A DNA stretch of 64,000 nt from Octopus sinensis (lineage: Eukaryota), in NCBI RefSeq assembly GCF_006345805.1, contig NC_043005.1, forward strand, positions 14,818,001-14,882,000, written 5' to 3'. Made by a program: the position numbers and the translations under genes. This document shows, in pieces, positions 12,201 through 24,900 of the stretch (its first letter is position 1; each line of letters starts with the position of its first letter). Under the pieces are notes generated by a model. It was not told the DNA's origin and did no database searches. It was given only the letters and a program-made list of their open reading frames with translations.

Positions 12201-15200
12201 AACATGGTCCCGGGTTCAGTCCCACTGTGTGGCACCTTGGGCAAGTGTCTTCTATAGCCTCAGGCTGACAGGTGCAGGAGTGACTGTGTGGTTAGTAGAT
12301 TGCTTACCAACAACATGGTCCCGGGTTCAGTCTCACTGCGTGGCACCTTGGGCAAGTGTCTTCTACTATAGCCTCGGGCTGACAGGTGCAGGAGTGGCTG
12401 TGTGGTTAGTAGATTGCTTACCAACAACATGGTCCCGGGTTCAGTCCCACTGTGTGGCACCTTGGGCAAGTGTCTTCTATAGCCTCAGGCTGACAGGTGC
12501 AGGAGTGGCTGTGTGGTTAGTAGATTGCTTACCAACAACATGGTCCCGGGTTCAGTCCCACTGTGTGGCACCTTGGGCAAGTGTCTTCTATAGCCTCAAG
12601 CTGACAGGTGCAGGAGTGGCTGTGTGGTTAGTAGATTGCTTACCAACAACATGGTCCCGGGTTCAGTCCCACTGTGTGGCACCTTGGGCAAGTGTCTTCT
12701 ATAGCCTCAGGCTGACAGGTGCAGGAGTGGCTGTGTGGTTAGTAGATTGCTTACCAACAACATGGTCCCGGGTTCAGTCCCACTGTGTGGCACCTTGGGC
12801 AAGTGTCTTCTATAGCCTCAGGCTGACAGGTGCAGGAGTGACTGTGTGGTTAGTAGATTGCTTACCAACAACATGGTCCCGGGTTCAGTCTCACTGCGTG
12901 GCACCTTGGGCAAGTGTCTTCTACTATAGCCTCGGGCTGACAGGTGCAGGAGTGGCTGTGTGGTTAGTAGATTGCTTACCAACAACATGGTCCCGGGTTC
13001 AGTCCCACTGCGTGGCACCTTGGGCAAGTGTCTTCTACTATAGCCTCGGGCTGACAGGTGCAGGAGTGGCTGTGTGGTTAGTAGATTGCTTACCAACAAC
13101 ATGGTCCCGGGTTCAGTCCCACTGCGTGGCACCTTGGGCAAGTGTCTTCTACTATAGCCTCGGGCTGACAGGTGCAGGAGTGGCTGTGTGGTTAGTAGAT
13201 TGCTTACCAACAACATGGTCCCGGGTTCAGTCCCACTGCGTGGCACCTTGGGCAAGTGTCTTCTACTATAGCCTCGGGCTGACAGGTGCAGGAGTGGCTG
13301 TGTGGTTAGTAGATTGCTTACCAACAACATGGTCCCGGGTTCAGTCTCACTGCGTGGCACCTTGGGCAAGTGTCTTCTACTATAGCCTCGGGCTGACAGG
13401 TGCAGGAGTGGCTGTGTGGTTAGTAGATTGCTTACCAACAACATGGTCCCGGGTTCAGTCCCACTGCGTGGCACCTTGGGCAAGTGTCTTCTACTATAGC
13501 CTCGGGCTGACAGGTGCAGGAGTGGCTGTGTGGTTAGTAGATTGCTTACCAACAACATGGTCCCGGGTTCAGTCCCACTGTGTGGCACCTTGGGCAAGTG
13601 TCTTCTATAGCCTCAGGCTGACAGGTGCAGGAGTGACTGTGTGGTTAGTAGATTGCTTACCAACAACATGGTCCCGGGTTCAGTCTCACTGCGTGGCACC
13701 TTGGGCAAGTGTCTTCTACTATAGCCTCGGGCTGACAGGTGCAGGAGTGGCTGTGTGGTTAGTAGATTGCTTACCAACAACATGGTCCCAGGTTCAGTCC
13801 TACTGCGTGGCACCTTGGGCAAGTGTCTTCTACTATAGCCTCGGGCTGACAGGTGCAGGAGTGGCTGTGTGGTTAGTAGATTGCTTACCAACAACATGGT
13901 CCCGGGTTCAGTCTCACTGCGTGGCACCTTGGGCAAGTGTCTTCTACTATAGCCTCGGGCTGACAGTGCAGGAGTGACTGTGTGGTTAGTAGATTGCTTA
14001 CCAACAACATGGTCCCGGGTTCAGTCTCACTGCGTGGCACCTTGGGCAAGTGTCTTCTACTATAGCCTCGGGCTGACAGGTGCAGGAGTGACTGTGTGGT
14101 TAGTAGATTGCTTACCAACAACATGGTCCCGGGTTCAGTCTCACTGCGTGGCACCTTGGGCAAGTGTCTTCTACTATAGCCTTGGGCTGACAGGTGCAGG
14201 AGTGACTGTGTGGTTAGTAGATTGCTTACCAACAACATGGTCCCGGGTTCAGTCTCACTGCGTGGCACCTTGGGCAAGTGTCTTCTACTATAGCCTCGGG
14301 CTGACAGGTGCAGGAGTGGCTGTGTGGTTAGTAGATTGCTTACCAACAACATGGTCCCGGGTTCAGTCTCACTGCGTGGCACCTTGGGCAAGTGTCTTCT
14401 ACTATAGCCTCGGGCTGACAGGTGCAGGAGTGGCTGTGTGGTTAGTAGATTGCTTACCAACAACATGGTCCCGGGTTCAGTCTCACTGCGTGGCACCTTG
14501 GGCAAGTGTCTTCTACTATAGCCTCGGGCTGACAGGTGCAGGAGTGGCTGTGTGGTTAGTAGATTGCTTACCAACAACATGGTCCCGGTTCAGTCCTACT
14601 GCGTGGCACCTTGGGCAAGTGTCTTCTACTATAGCCTCGGGCTGACAGGTGCAGGAGTGGCTGTGTGGTTAGTAGATTGCTTACCAACAACATGGTCCCA
14701 GGTTCAGTCCTACTGCGTGGCACCTTGGGCAAGTGTCTTCTACTATAGCCTCGGGCTGACAGGTGCAGGAGTGGCTGTGTGGTTAGTAGATTGCTTACCA
14801 ACAACATGGTCCCGGGTTCAGTCTCACTGCGTGGCACCTTGGGCAAGTGTCTTCTACTATAGCCTTGGGCTGACAGGTGCAGGAGTGGCTGTGTGGTTAG
14901 TAGATTGCTTACCAACAACATGGTCCCGGGTTCAGTCTCACTGCGTGGCACCTTGGGCAAGTGTCTTCTACTATAGCTTCGGGCTGACAGGTGCAGGAGT
15001 GGCTGTGTGGTTAGTAGATTGCTTACCAACAACATGGTCCCGGGTTCAGTCTCACTGCATGGCACCTTGGGCAAGTGTCTTCTACTATAGCCTCGGGCTG
15101 ACAGGTGCAGGAGTGGCTGTGTGGTTAGTAGATTGCTTACCAACAACATGGTCCCGGGTTCAGTCTCACTGCGTGGCACCTTGGGCAAGTGTCTTCTACT

Positions 15201-18200
15201 ATAGCCTTGGGCTGACAGGTGCAGGAGTGGCTGTGTGGTTAGTAGATTGCTTACCAACAACATGGTCCCGGGTTCAGTCTCACTGCGTGGCACCTTGGGC
15301 AAGTGTCTTCTACTATAGCCTCGGGCTGACAGGTGCAGGAGTGGCTGTGTGGTTAGTAGATTGCTTACCAACAACATGGTCCCGGGTTCAGTCCCACTGC
15401 GTGGCACCTTGGGCAAGTGTCTTCTACTATAGCCTCGGGCTGACAGGTGCAGGAGTGGCTGTGTGGTTAGTAGATTGCTTACCAACAACATGGTCCCGGG
15501 TTCAGTCTCACTGCGTGGCACCTTGGGCAAGTGTCTTCTACTATAGCCTCGGGCTGACAGGTGCAGGAGTGGCTGTGTGGTTAGTAGATTGCTTACCAAC
15601 AACATGGTCCGGGTTCAGTCTCACTGCGTGGCACCTTGGGCAAGTGTCTTCTACTATAGCCTCAAGCTGACAGGTGCAGGAGTGGCTGTGTGGTTAGTAG
15701 ATTGCTTACCAACAACATGGTCCCGGGTTCAGTCTCACTGCGTGGCACCTTGGGCAAGTGTCTTCTACTATAGCCTCGGGCTGACAGGTGCAGGAGTGGC
15801 TGTGTGGTTAGTAGATTGCTTACCAACAACATGGTCCCGGGTTCAGTCTCACTGCGTGGCACCTTGGGCAAGTGTCTTCTACTATAGCCTCGGGCTGACA
15901 GGTGCAGGAGTGGCTGTGTGGTTAGTAGATTGCTTACCAACAACATGGTCCCGGGTTCAGTCCCACTGCGTGGCACCTTGGGCAAGTGTCTTCTACTATA
16001 GCCTCGGGCTGACAGGTGCAGGAGTGGCTGTGTGGTTAGTAGATTGCTTACCAACAACATGGTCCCAGGTTCAGTCCCACTGCGTGGCACCTTGGGCAAG
16101 TGTCTTCTATTATAGCCTCAAGCTGACAGGTGCAGGAGTGGCTGTGTGGTTAGTAGATTGCTTACCAACAACATGGTCCCGGGTTCAGTCCCACTGTGTG
16201 GCACCTTGGGCAAGTGTCTTCTATAGCCTCAGGCTGACAGGTGCAGGAGTGGCTGTGTGGTTAGTAGATTGCTTACCAACAACATGGTCCCGGGTTCAGT
16301 CCCACTGCGTGGCACCTTGGGCAAGTGTCTTCTACTATAGCCTCGGGCTGACAGGTGCAGGAGTGGCTGTGTGGTTAGTAGATTGCTTACCAACAACATG
16401 GTCCCAGGTTCAGTCCTACTGCGTGGCACCTTGGGCAAGTGTCTTCTACTATAGCCTCGGGCTGACCAAACCCTTGTGATTGGATTTGGTAGACGGAAAC
16501 TGAAAGAAAGTGGTTTTGTGTGTCTATGTTTGTCCCCCAACATCGCTTGACAACCGATGCTGGTGTGTTTACGTCCCAGTAACTTAGCGGTTTGGCAAAA
16601 GAGAGCGATAGAATAAGTACTAGGCTTACAAAGAATAAGTCCTGGGTTCAATTTGCTTGACTAAAGGTGGTGCTCCAGCATGGCCACAGTCAAATGACTG
16701 AAACAAGTAAAAGAGTAGAAGAGATAGGAAAACAATATTCTATTAAGTGATTCAGCTAGCTAAATATAGCCATGTAATCAAGAAATTCACTTCACATTCA
16801 TGTAGTTCTTGGTTCAATCCCACTGCACAGCACATAAAGCAAATGCTTCCTCCGCTGTTGCTTCAGATTGAGATAAACCTTACGAATGAAAATTGGGTAG
16901 GTGTTAGGCCTCTAGATAGACTGTTCTGGCATAGTCGACCTTAATTCATGCCTAATTTTACATCACCACCTTACTCTTTGTTTCGGTCATTTGACTGTGG
17001 CTATGCTGGAGCACAGCCTTCAGTCGAGCAAATCAACCCCAATACTTATTCTATCAGCCTCTATTGCTGAACTGCTAAGTTATGGGGATGTAAACACCCC
17101 AGCATCAGTTGCCAAGTGATGGTGGCTGGGGGACAAATACACACACACATACAACAGGCTTCTTTCAGTTTCCATCTACCAAATCCACTCACAAGGCTTG
17201 GTCGGCCCAAGGCTATAGTAGAAGGCACTTGCCCAAGGTGCCATGCAGTGGGAATGAACCTGAAACCATGTGGTTGGTAAGCAAGCTACTTACCACACAG
17301 CCACTCCTGCGCCAATATATGTGTGTGTATTTACGTAGGATTGGTAGTCTGTCTGTTTATTTGACTCTCACTCTTTCTCTTTCCTTTCTTTCTGTCTTTT
17401 TCTTGGATCGTTCGTAAACGTTCATAAGAGAAAGTAGCAGTAGAAATGATTTGTAATGGTAGTAGAAAGAGGAAATTAGATTGTATTAGAGGGGAAAATG
17501 GTTATGTATGTAGTTTTATCGATTTTTTTTTTTTCGTAATTGGGGTGTTATTTTGACTGAAAAAATGCCCCTAAGACCTAAGTTATGGTATTTAGAATGT
17601 TAATTCCAATTTTTTCTTCCATTAAATTTGGAATTGTGTAAATGTATGAATTTTCAACATACATACCCACAGAGAAATCTGCCTTTAATAGTTAAGGTAA
17701 TATTTAAAAAAAATAGTGGCATGGGTGAATTATAGCTTTGTATCTAAGAATTCAATACGAATTTCTTTAGATAATGCTGTCTGCCTCTCTTTCTCTCTCT
17801 CAACAGCTACTATGTTTCCATGAGTCTAGATTACCCTCCATGGACAATAAACCCTCTAGGACAACAGATGATGATTTAAAACTTTTTAATATATTGGAGA
17901 GTGGGGTAATTAACGAAGTGGGGGTAGTTGTCGTCAGGAAAATTGTCCTATGGTGGGGGGGTAATTGTCTTGATATAGTTTCCATACCCAAGCATAGACT
18001 CACTCTTGACTTCCTAGAAACAGCAGCCAAATTTCCTCTGCCAACTATCAAAGCCTGTTTCCTTAAAAGAATGACACATTGAATACTGTGGTCCTAGATG
18101 TTACATGAGATGATCTTGGCTAGAATGCTTTTGGTCATAGATCTGCTCAATCAAGATTAACCTAGGGCTAAACAATAACACACACCCATAACTACAATTG

Positions 18201-18553
18201 ACTGCATTTTTTCTGTTTTTATTTATTTATTTATTTTTTTTTTTAGAAAGCCAAAATTGTTTAAAAAATAACTTTTTCTCTTTCTAAACATTGTAGGACG
18301 CTCATGAATGCTTGAACCAAGTCCTTGACTGTCTGAAAGAAGAAGGGGTCAAGTTGGCCACAAGTACTCCTACATCTAATAATTCCAGTTCCGATGATGA
18401 TGATGACCCTAACTGCAGAGATACTTTCATTAACCCCACAGTTCAGAACTTCGAATTTGATATCAATCGCTCTATTACTTGTAAACGGTAAAAAGATACA
18501 TCCTTAATTTTTACTAATGTATTTGAAACCATGTTTCCTGTATCTTCTCTCTC

Positions 18554-18627
<74 letters not shown>

Positions 18628-18860
18628 GAGAGAGAGAGAGAAGATACAAGGATAGCGAGAGGTAATGCAGTACAATCGTTTTGTGCAACTCTATGGAGTT
18701 GCATGAAACGATCGTACTGCATTACCTCTGGATATCCTTGTTGCTTATTTTGATTTTAATCACCTTAGTTTGAAATTGTATGGATAATACCGTACTAAAT
18801 TCTGGTGCCTCAACTTATGTACCATATTCATCTGAATCTCTCTCTCTCTCTCTCTCTTTA

Positions 18861-18933
<73 letters not shown>

Positions 18934-21900
18934 CCCTCTTCCTTTCCATTTGCCTTTCCCAATCCTTTTTCCTCTTTTCCTCCTCCCAACACTGTTACCT
19001 TCCTCACTTTCCCTGTCTATTATCTCTTCTTCTCTACACTATTTCTTTCTCTCTCTCTCTCTCTCCACACACACAAATGTATGTCATTTCAGTTTCATGA
19101 ATCTCTGTGCTCAAAAAAAGATCCTTGACATGGTTGTGAGGTAATAAGGAAACTTCTCTATGGTCATTCAACTTCTAGGGGAAGCAGCTAAGTCTCTCTC
19201 AAATCCCCCGCTTTTTTGTCTCTACTTATTGAATATTGTAATCTGAAAACAATCTGGAAAAAAGACAATGTGGTCATGGCTGGAATGTCCTTGAGTTAAA
19301 CAAGTTGTATAACAGCTGCAACCAGTATGCTGTGTTAGTGTTGTTGATGTCGTTGTCTTGTGCATGTCTCTTGTTGTAGGTTCTCTCAACATCTTTCATC
19401 ATTGAATGCTTATGTATTGTTTTAGTTTATTCGCATCTCCTTTGTGTGGATGATCCTAAAGTGGATCTTTTCGGTTTGAACGGCAGTGTTTTCTAGCAGT
19501 GTCATATGAAATTGTCACCCATAATTATGACCCTAGAATCGATCTATTGCATTTCAATCTGTTTTAGGGGTGGGGGGAGGGTATCTTTTTTTCTTCACAA
19601 ATGTAAATAAACCCAATCTGTTTCTTAAACGAGGGACATATTTATACGGCACAGAATGTTTTTTTTACCTCAATGGACATCAGTGATTGGTTGAAATTGC
19701 AGAAATTGAAGAAAAAAACAACAAACATCTTACAAACTATAGAATTTTCTCAATAAAGCCAAGAGAAAAAGATGTTTTATAAACACATTCTATCAGTATA
19801 CGAAGTTTAAAATTTTTTTAGTTACCTAGAAATTATGTTAAAATCTGCCGTTCAAACCGAAAAGATCCAAGTAAGTTTGTGGGAGGATATTTAATAAAAG
19901 TTGTGGTTCTTTGAACCACCAAGCCATTGCAGTATCTCATCCTCTCATGAGAAGGACAGATTGGAACTCTTAGCACTATGCATCATGTAAAGTTGCTAGA
20001 AATAGCAGCCAAATCTCATTCGGATTACACTTTACTTTCTTGGGTGGGGGACTCATTGGCGAATGTGATCTGAGATATAATCTGTCTGTCTGTACATATA
20101 TATGACAAACTCTCCCATCAAAGACAATTTATGAGTGTTCAGTGAGAGGAAAAGAAAAGAAACCTAACCAAATAGACAATCAACAACACACATTACTATT
20201 GCTACCATTCACTTATATAAAGTGTGATCATGGTTGGAACATGTTTTGATCATAGGCTTTGGCTGATGAGTGATGACCTGGGGCTAAACAACTACTAATG
20301 TTGATTATAATGTACAACTGTCCAACATTTAACCATTTACTAATAGGAATTAGTAATTTTATTTTATTTTGTTTTTGTTTTTAGATGTGGTGTTGTTGTC
20401 TCTAAAGTTGAACAGTGTATAGATTTATCGTTGGACATACCAAAGGGATGGTGAGCCTAACTTTTGTATTTCTTTCTTTCTCTCTCTCTCTCATATTTGT
20501 AAATACAAGGCTAAGAGCAAAAGCAGTGTGACACACTGTAGTTCCATCATTCTTTTTGCTTCTGACTCTCTCCTCTCACTCTACTCTCTTTCATCAACTT
20601 TCATTCACTAATTCCAGCAATCCAAGCATTCAGGATGCTCTCGACTTATTCTTTGTCAAAGAAAATGTGGAATACCGATGTGCTAAATGTAATCATGATA
20701 AATCAGAAGTTTCAAAATGCATCAGTAGATTACCGAGGTAAGATAAATTACTTTTAATCTGTTAGCCATTAGTATGATTCACACATATAATTATATACTT
20801 ATTACTTAACAGTGAAGGCGCATGGCCCAGTGGTTAGAGTGTCGAGCTTACGATCGTGAGGTTGTGAGCTCGAATCCCGGACCGGGCTGCGTGTTGTGTT
20901 ATTGAGCAAGACACTTTATTTCACGTTGCTCCAGTTAACTCAGCTTTAGAAATGAGTTTCGACGTCACAGGTGCCAAGCTGTATCTGCTGTTGCCTTTCC
21001 CTTCGATAACACTGGTGGCGTGGAGAGGAGAGGCCGGTATGCATGGGCGACTGCTGGTCTTCCATAAAACCACCTTGCCCAGACTTGTGACTAGGAGGGT
21101 AACTTTCTAGGTGCAATCCCATGGTCAGTGTCGTGACCGAAGGGGGTCCCAGACCAGAGTACTTAACAATCTGGATTTCTCAGATGCAGTTAAAATTTTC
21201 CTTCCTTCCTTAAGTTAATTACCTCTTCTATATATGGTTCAAATATTTTCAGGAAGTGTAGTTTTGGTGACACCTCTTTCTTATTTTATGGACTTTGTCC
21301 ATTGGAAGCTTTGAGTCTATTACAGTAGATAACATTATCTTTATATCTGGTGCTATGATAAATAACTAAATTTTTATTCCCGGTGTCACAATATAAGTTT
21401 GCTTGTATAGGCTTGGTGCCACAGTGTCACAAAGCATAGTAAACTTGTTCTGATAATTGAGGTATGTTGGTGTCTATGACAATAATGATAATGTTGATTA
21501 TTTTCATTCCAGAGTATTAATTCTCCATTTGAAACGCTACACATACAGTGTCACAGCTTCATGTAACAGAAAAGTTATTCAGCATATTTCTATTCCTAAA
21601 TATCTGACGCTGTCATCACATTGTTCAGAGACCATTATTCCAGCACCTTCTATTAATAGCCTTTTCACTAGGTAAGATTGCAATCACTTATTTTGTGTAC
21701 ACACACACACACACCTTTTTGTCTCACATGTCCATGCATACAGTGCAATAGTTTATCATAAAGGATCGACTCTATGTGAGCAGAAACTCATTTGACTTTT
21801 TTAGACTGATAATAATATTCAATAGAATTGTCATATATCTGCCAGCATAGCTGAGTGGTTGAGAGGTTTGCTTTGGTATCACATGATTAGGGGATTTGGT

Positions 21901-24900
21901 TCCACTTGGTGAATGCTATTGGCTGATGTCCTCAACCATAGTTACAGGTTGGTCAATACCTGGTGAGAGAAATTAGTAGATGGAAATTGGAATAAACACA
22001 CTGTATGTGGTGTGTTATCATCATCATCGTTTAATATCCGCTTTCCATGCTAGCATGGGTTGGACGATTTGACTGAGGTCTGGCGAACCAGATGGCTGCA
22101 CCAGTCTCCAATCTGATCTGGCAGTTGTCAAAGCATCAAACAAAATGCTTTGTAGTATTTATTCTGGCTTTTTGCCAGAATATAACAAATTTTGAACTGC
22201 TGGAGTCCTCTTTGCCTTTGATCTTTATTGGGATGATAAAATAAAGGACCAGTCAAGGGCAATGGATTAGCAGAATTTATAGAGCTTTAGATGGAATATT
22301 TTGAAGTATTTATTCTAGCTCTTAATATTCTGGGTTCAAACCTTGCTGTAGCCTACATGGATGGTAGACATAATCCATTTTCTTACCACCACCTGGCATC
22401 TTGGGTACCATTAGTAGAGTCTGATGCTGATGACTGTTGTAAGCACTTGGACCAGGTATCCAGTTTGAGGATTCCTTCTCTTTTCACTAGTCTTGGAAGC
22501 CAGGGCAATATGGTGATCTGAGATGTCTTAACAAAAAGCTGTCACCAGAGGTAAGAGAGAGTGCAGAGACATTCAATAAAGACAGCACAATGGGCATGAA
22601 GTTTAAGGTGAATTCCAAATTTACTGCTACAATTCTGTTATGCTCTTGGCTGGGCTTAAAATTTGGTTTGCTTTATTTGACTGAAACTGTTTCTCCTGTC
22701 CCAGTTAATGGCCTACTGAAATAATATTTGTGATATTTGCAGCCCACCGAAAGCCCGAACAGAAATGGAGAAAGATTCATCACTTTGTAGAAGACTTGAG
22801 TACACAGATTCTGTGTAAGTTGAAACGATTGATTTGCTTTTTTTCTGTAATCTTTTACTTGTTCGGACATTAGACTATGGTCATGCTGGGGCATCGCCTC
22901 GAAGAATTTTTAATCGATTGAATCAACCTCAATACTTTTTTTTTACCTTTAAAGCCTGGTGCTTATTTTATTGAACTCTTCTGCTGAACTGCTAAGTTAT
23001 GAGTACATAGATACCAACACTTGTCAAGTGGTGGTGGAAAACAAACGTAGATACAAAGAACCCCTATGTGTGTGTGTGTGTGTGTATAATTAAGAGAAAT
23101 AACCTCTATTAAGCAATTCAATAGTGAGAAACAATATCCACACCATCTCGAAAAAATTTAAATATACTACAATAAATATTTAAAAAATCACAAAATTATA
23201 TGGTGTGGATATTGTCTGTCACTATTGAATTGCATAATTGAGGTTATTTCTTCCTAAATGTATGTATGTTTATGAGTTTCTTTCAATTTCTGTCTGCGAA
23301 ATCCACTCACAAGGCTTTGATCAACTTGATGCTCTAGTAGAAGGTATTTGTCTAAAGTGCCATGCAGTGAGATTGAACCTGGAACCATATGGTTGGGAAG
23401 CAAGCTTCTTACTACATAGCCATTCCTGTGCCTTCTCTCTATGCAAATATGATAAAAATGATGATATTGAAGAGAGGTCATCTCAAGCTATGCTCATATT
23501 AGAATTGTTCCAAACAAAATACCATTTCTGCATCAGTTAGCTAAGTTGCACCTTACTCCCATGGTATCAATTTACAACTGAATGAACAAGAGTTGAGTAT
23601 GAGAACATCATAGAACAGTGACACAGATGTAAACTACCAATCCTTCAGCTAAGTGACAATATCATATTTCCAGCCTCGCCTGGCCCCCGTGCGGCCGTTG
23701 CCAGCCTCGCCTGGCTCTCGTGCCGGTGGCACGTAAAACGCACCATCCGTCCGTGGCCGTTTGCCAGCTCCATCTGGCACCTGTGCGGGTGGCACGTAAA
23801 AAGCACCCACTACACTCGCGGAGTGGTTGGCGTTAGGAAGGGCATCCAGCCGTAGAAACACTGCCAGATCAGACTGGGCCTGATGCAGCCTTCTGGCTTC
23901 ACAGACCCCAGTTGAACCATCCAGCCCATGCTAGCATGGAAAGCGGATGCTAAATGATGATGATGATCTTGGATATTGTTACAGGTGTAAATTTTAGTCC
24001 CGAACCTCATGGTTTTGGGTTCATTCCTGCTTGTGTGGAACTGTGGGCAAATATCACTGGTTTAAGAAGAAACTGAACAGAAGCTCATTGAGTGAGAGTA
24101 TATGCATGTGTATATGTGTTTGTGTTCTGGCATCGTCTGCTTAAAAGAAAACATAATGTCAACCATAAAGACACGTCTGGCTGTTGAGCTGTTTGGTGCT
24201 CAACAGATCAGGAGAATAAGTACTTCTGTTGGAAGTAAATAAGGATTATCAACAGGAAGAACACCTGGCCTTGGAATATTGCCTCCATAAGTTCCATCTT
24301 CCCCATGTCAGTATAGAGTGAACATATAAAAAACCTCAGATGTGGTGATGTTGATAATGTTTTCACAAACATTTCCTAAAACTAGAAATGTATATCTTGT
24401 CTTTAAGAAATTTATTATAGCATCAAAGAGGATGTTTTTTCTTAAAAATCTGTTTTCAATTCTAGGTTCATTGTTTTTTTTTTCTCCTTTTTTTTTATTT
24501 ATGTTTTTATGTAAATAATAATTTGCAAACTTTAACAATTACCAAAATCATAAATTTTTGTGTTTTCATTTTTCAGTAATTCAGCACATAAGAGTTCCTT
24601 ATTTGAATCTGCAGAAAATGCTGATGATTTAGGTGTTGTCCCAATTTCAACATTGGCACAAGAATTCTCAAATAATATACAAGATGAGAACTCAACCAAT
24701 CACACTGACAATAAAGTAACTAACTTTTTACTTTTAGTTTCTTTTTATATCAATTCTTTTATTGTTTGCACACACACACACACACACACACTGGACTACA
24801 ACCAACTTGAAACATCACCTAATAATTTGAAGTGGATTACATGACCCCCCAGTCATTTTTGTTCAATAATTTTTCTTGACCTCAGATGGAGAAGAAATAA

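Noticed and set aside
4816-13977. 1323-, 791- and 1258-aa ORFs as real genes
   Set aside because: They are translations of the satellite with non-ATG starts, open on both strands because unit lengths are multiples of 3.
3841-16467. CRISPR-like array
   Set aside because: No unique spacers: the whole unit repeats with only SNP-level variation. No cas genes, and the context is a eukaryotic intron.
18443-19144. YI/CV-rich ORFs (also 58325-58819 and 62619-62965)
   Set aside because: Translations of TA, TG and GA microsatellites.
20815-20890. tRNA gene (likewise near 33790-33855, 53020-53086 and 62495-62565)
   Set aside because: These are tRNA-derived SINE heads followed by SINE bodies; one has a clear TSD.
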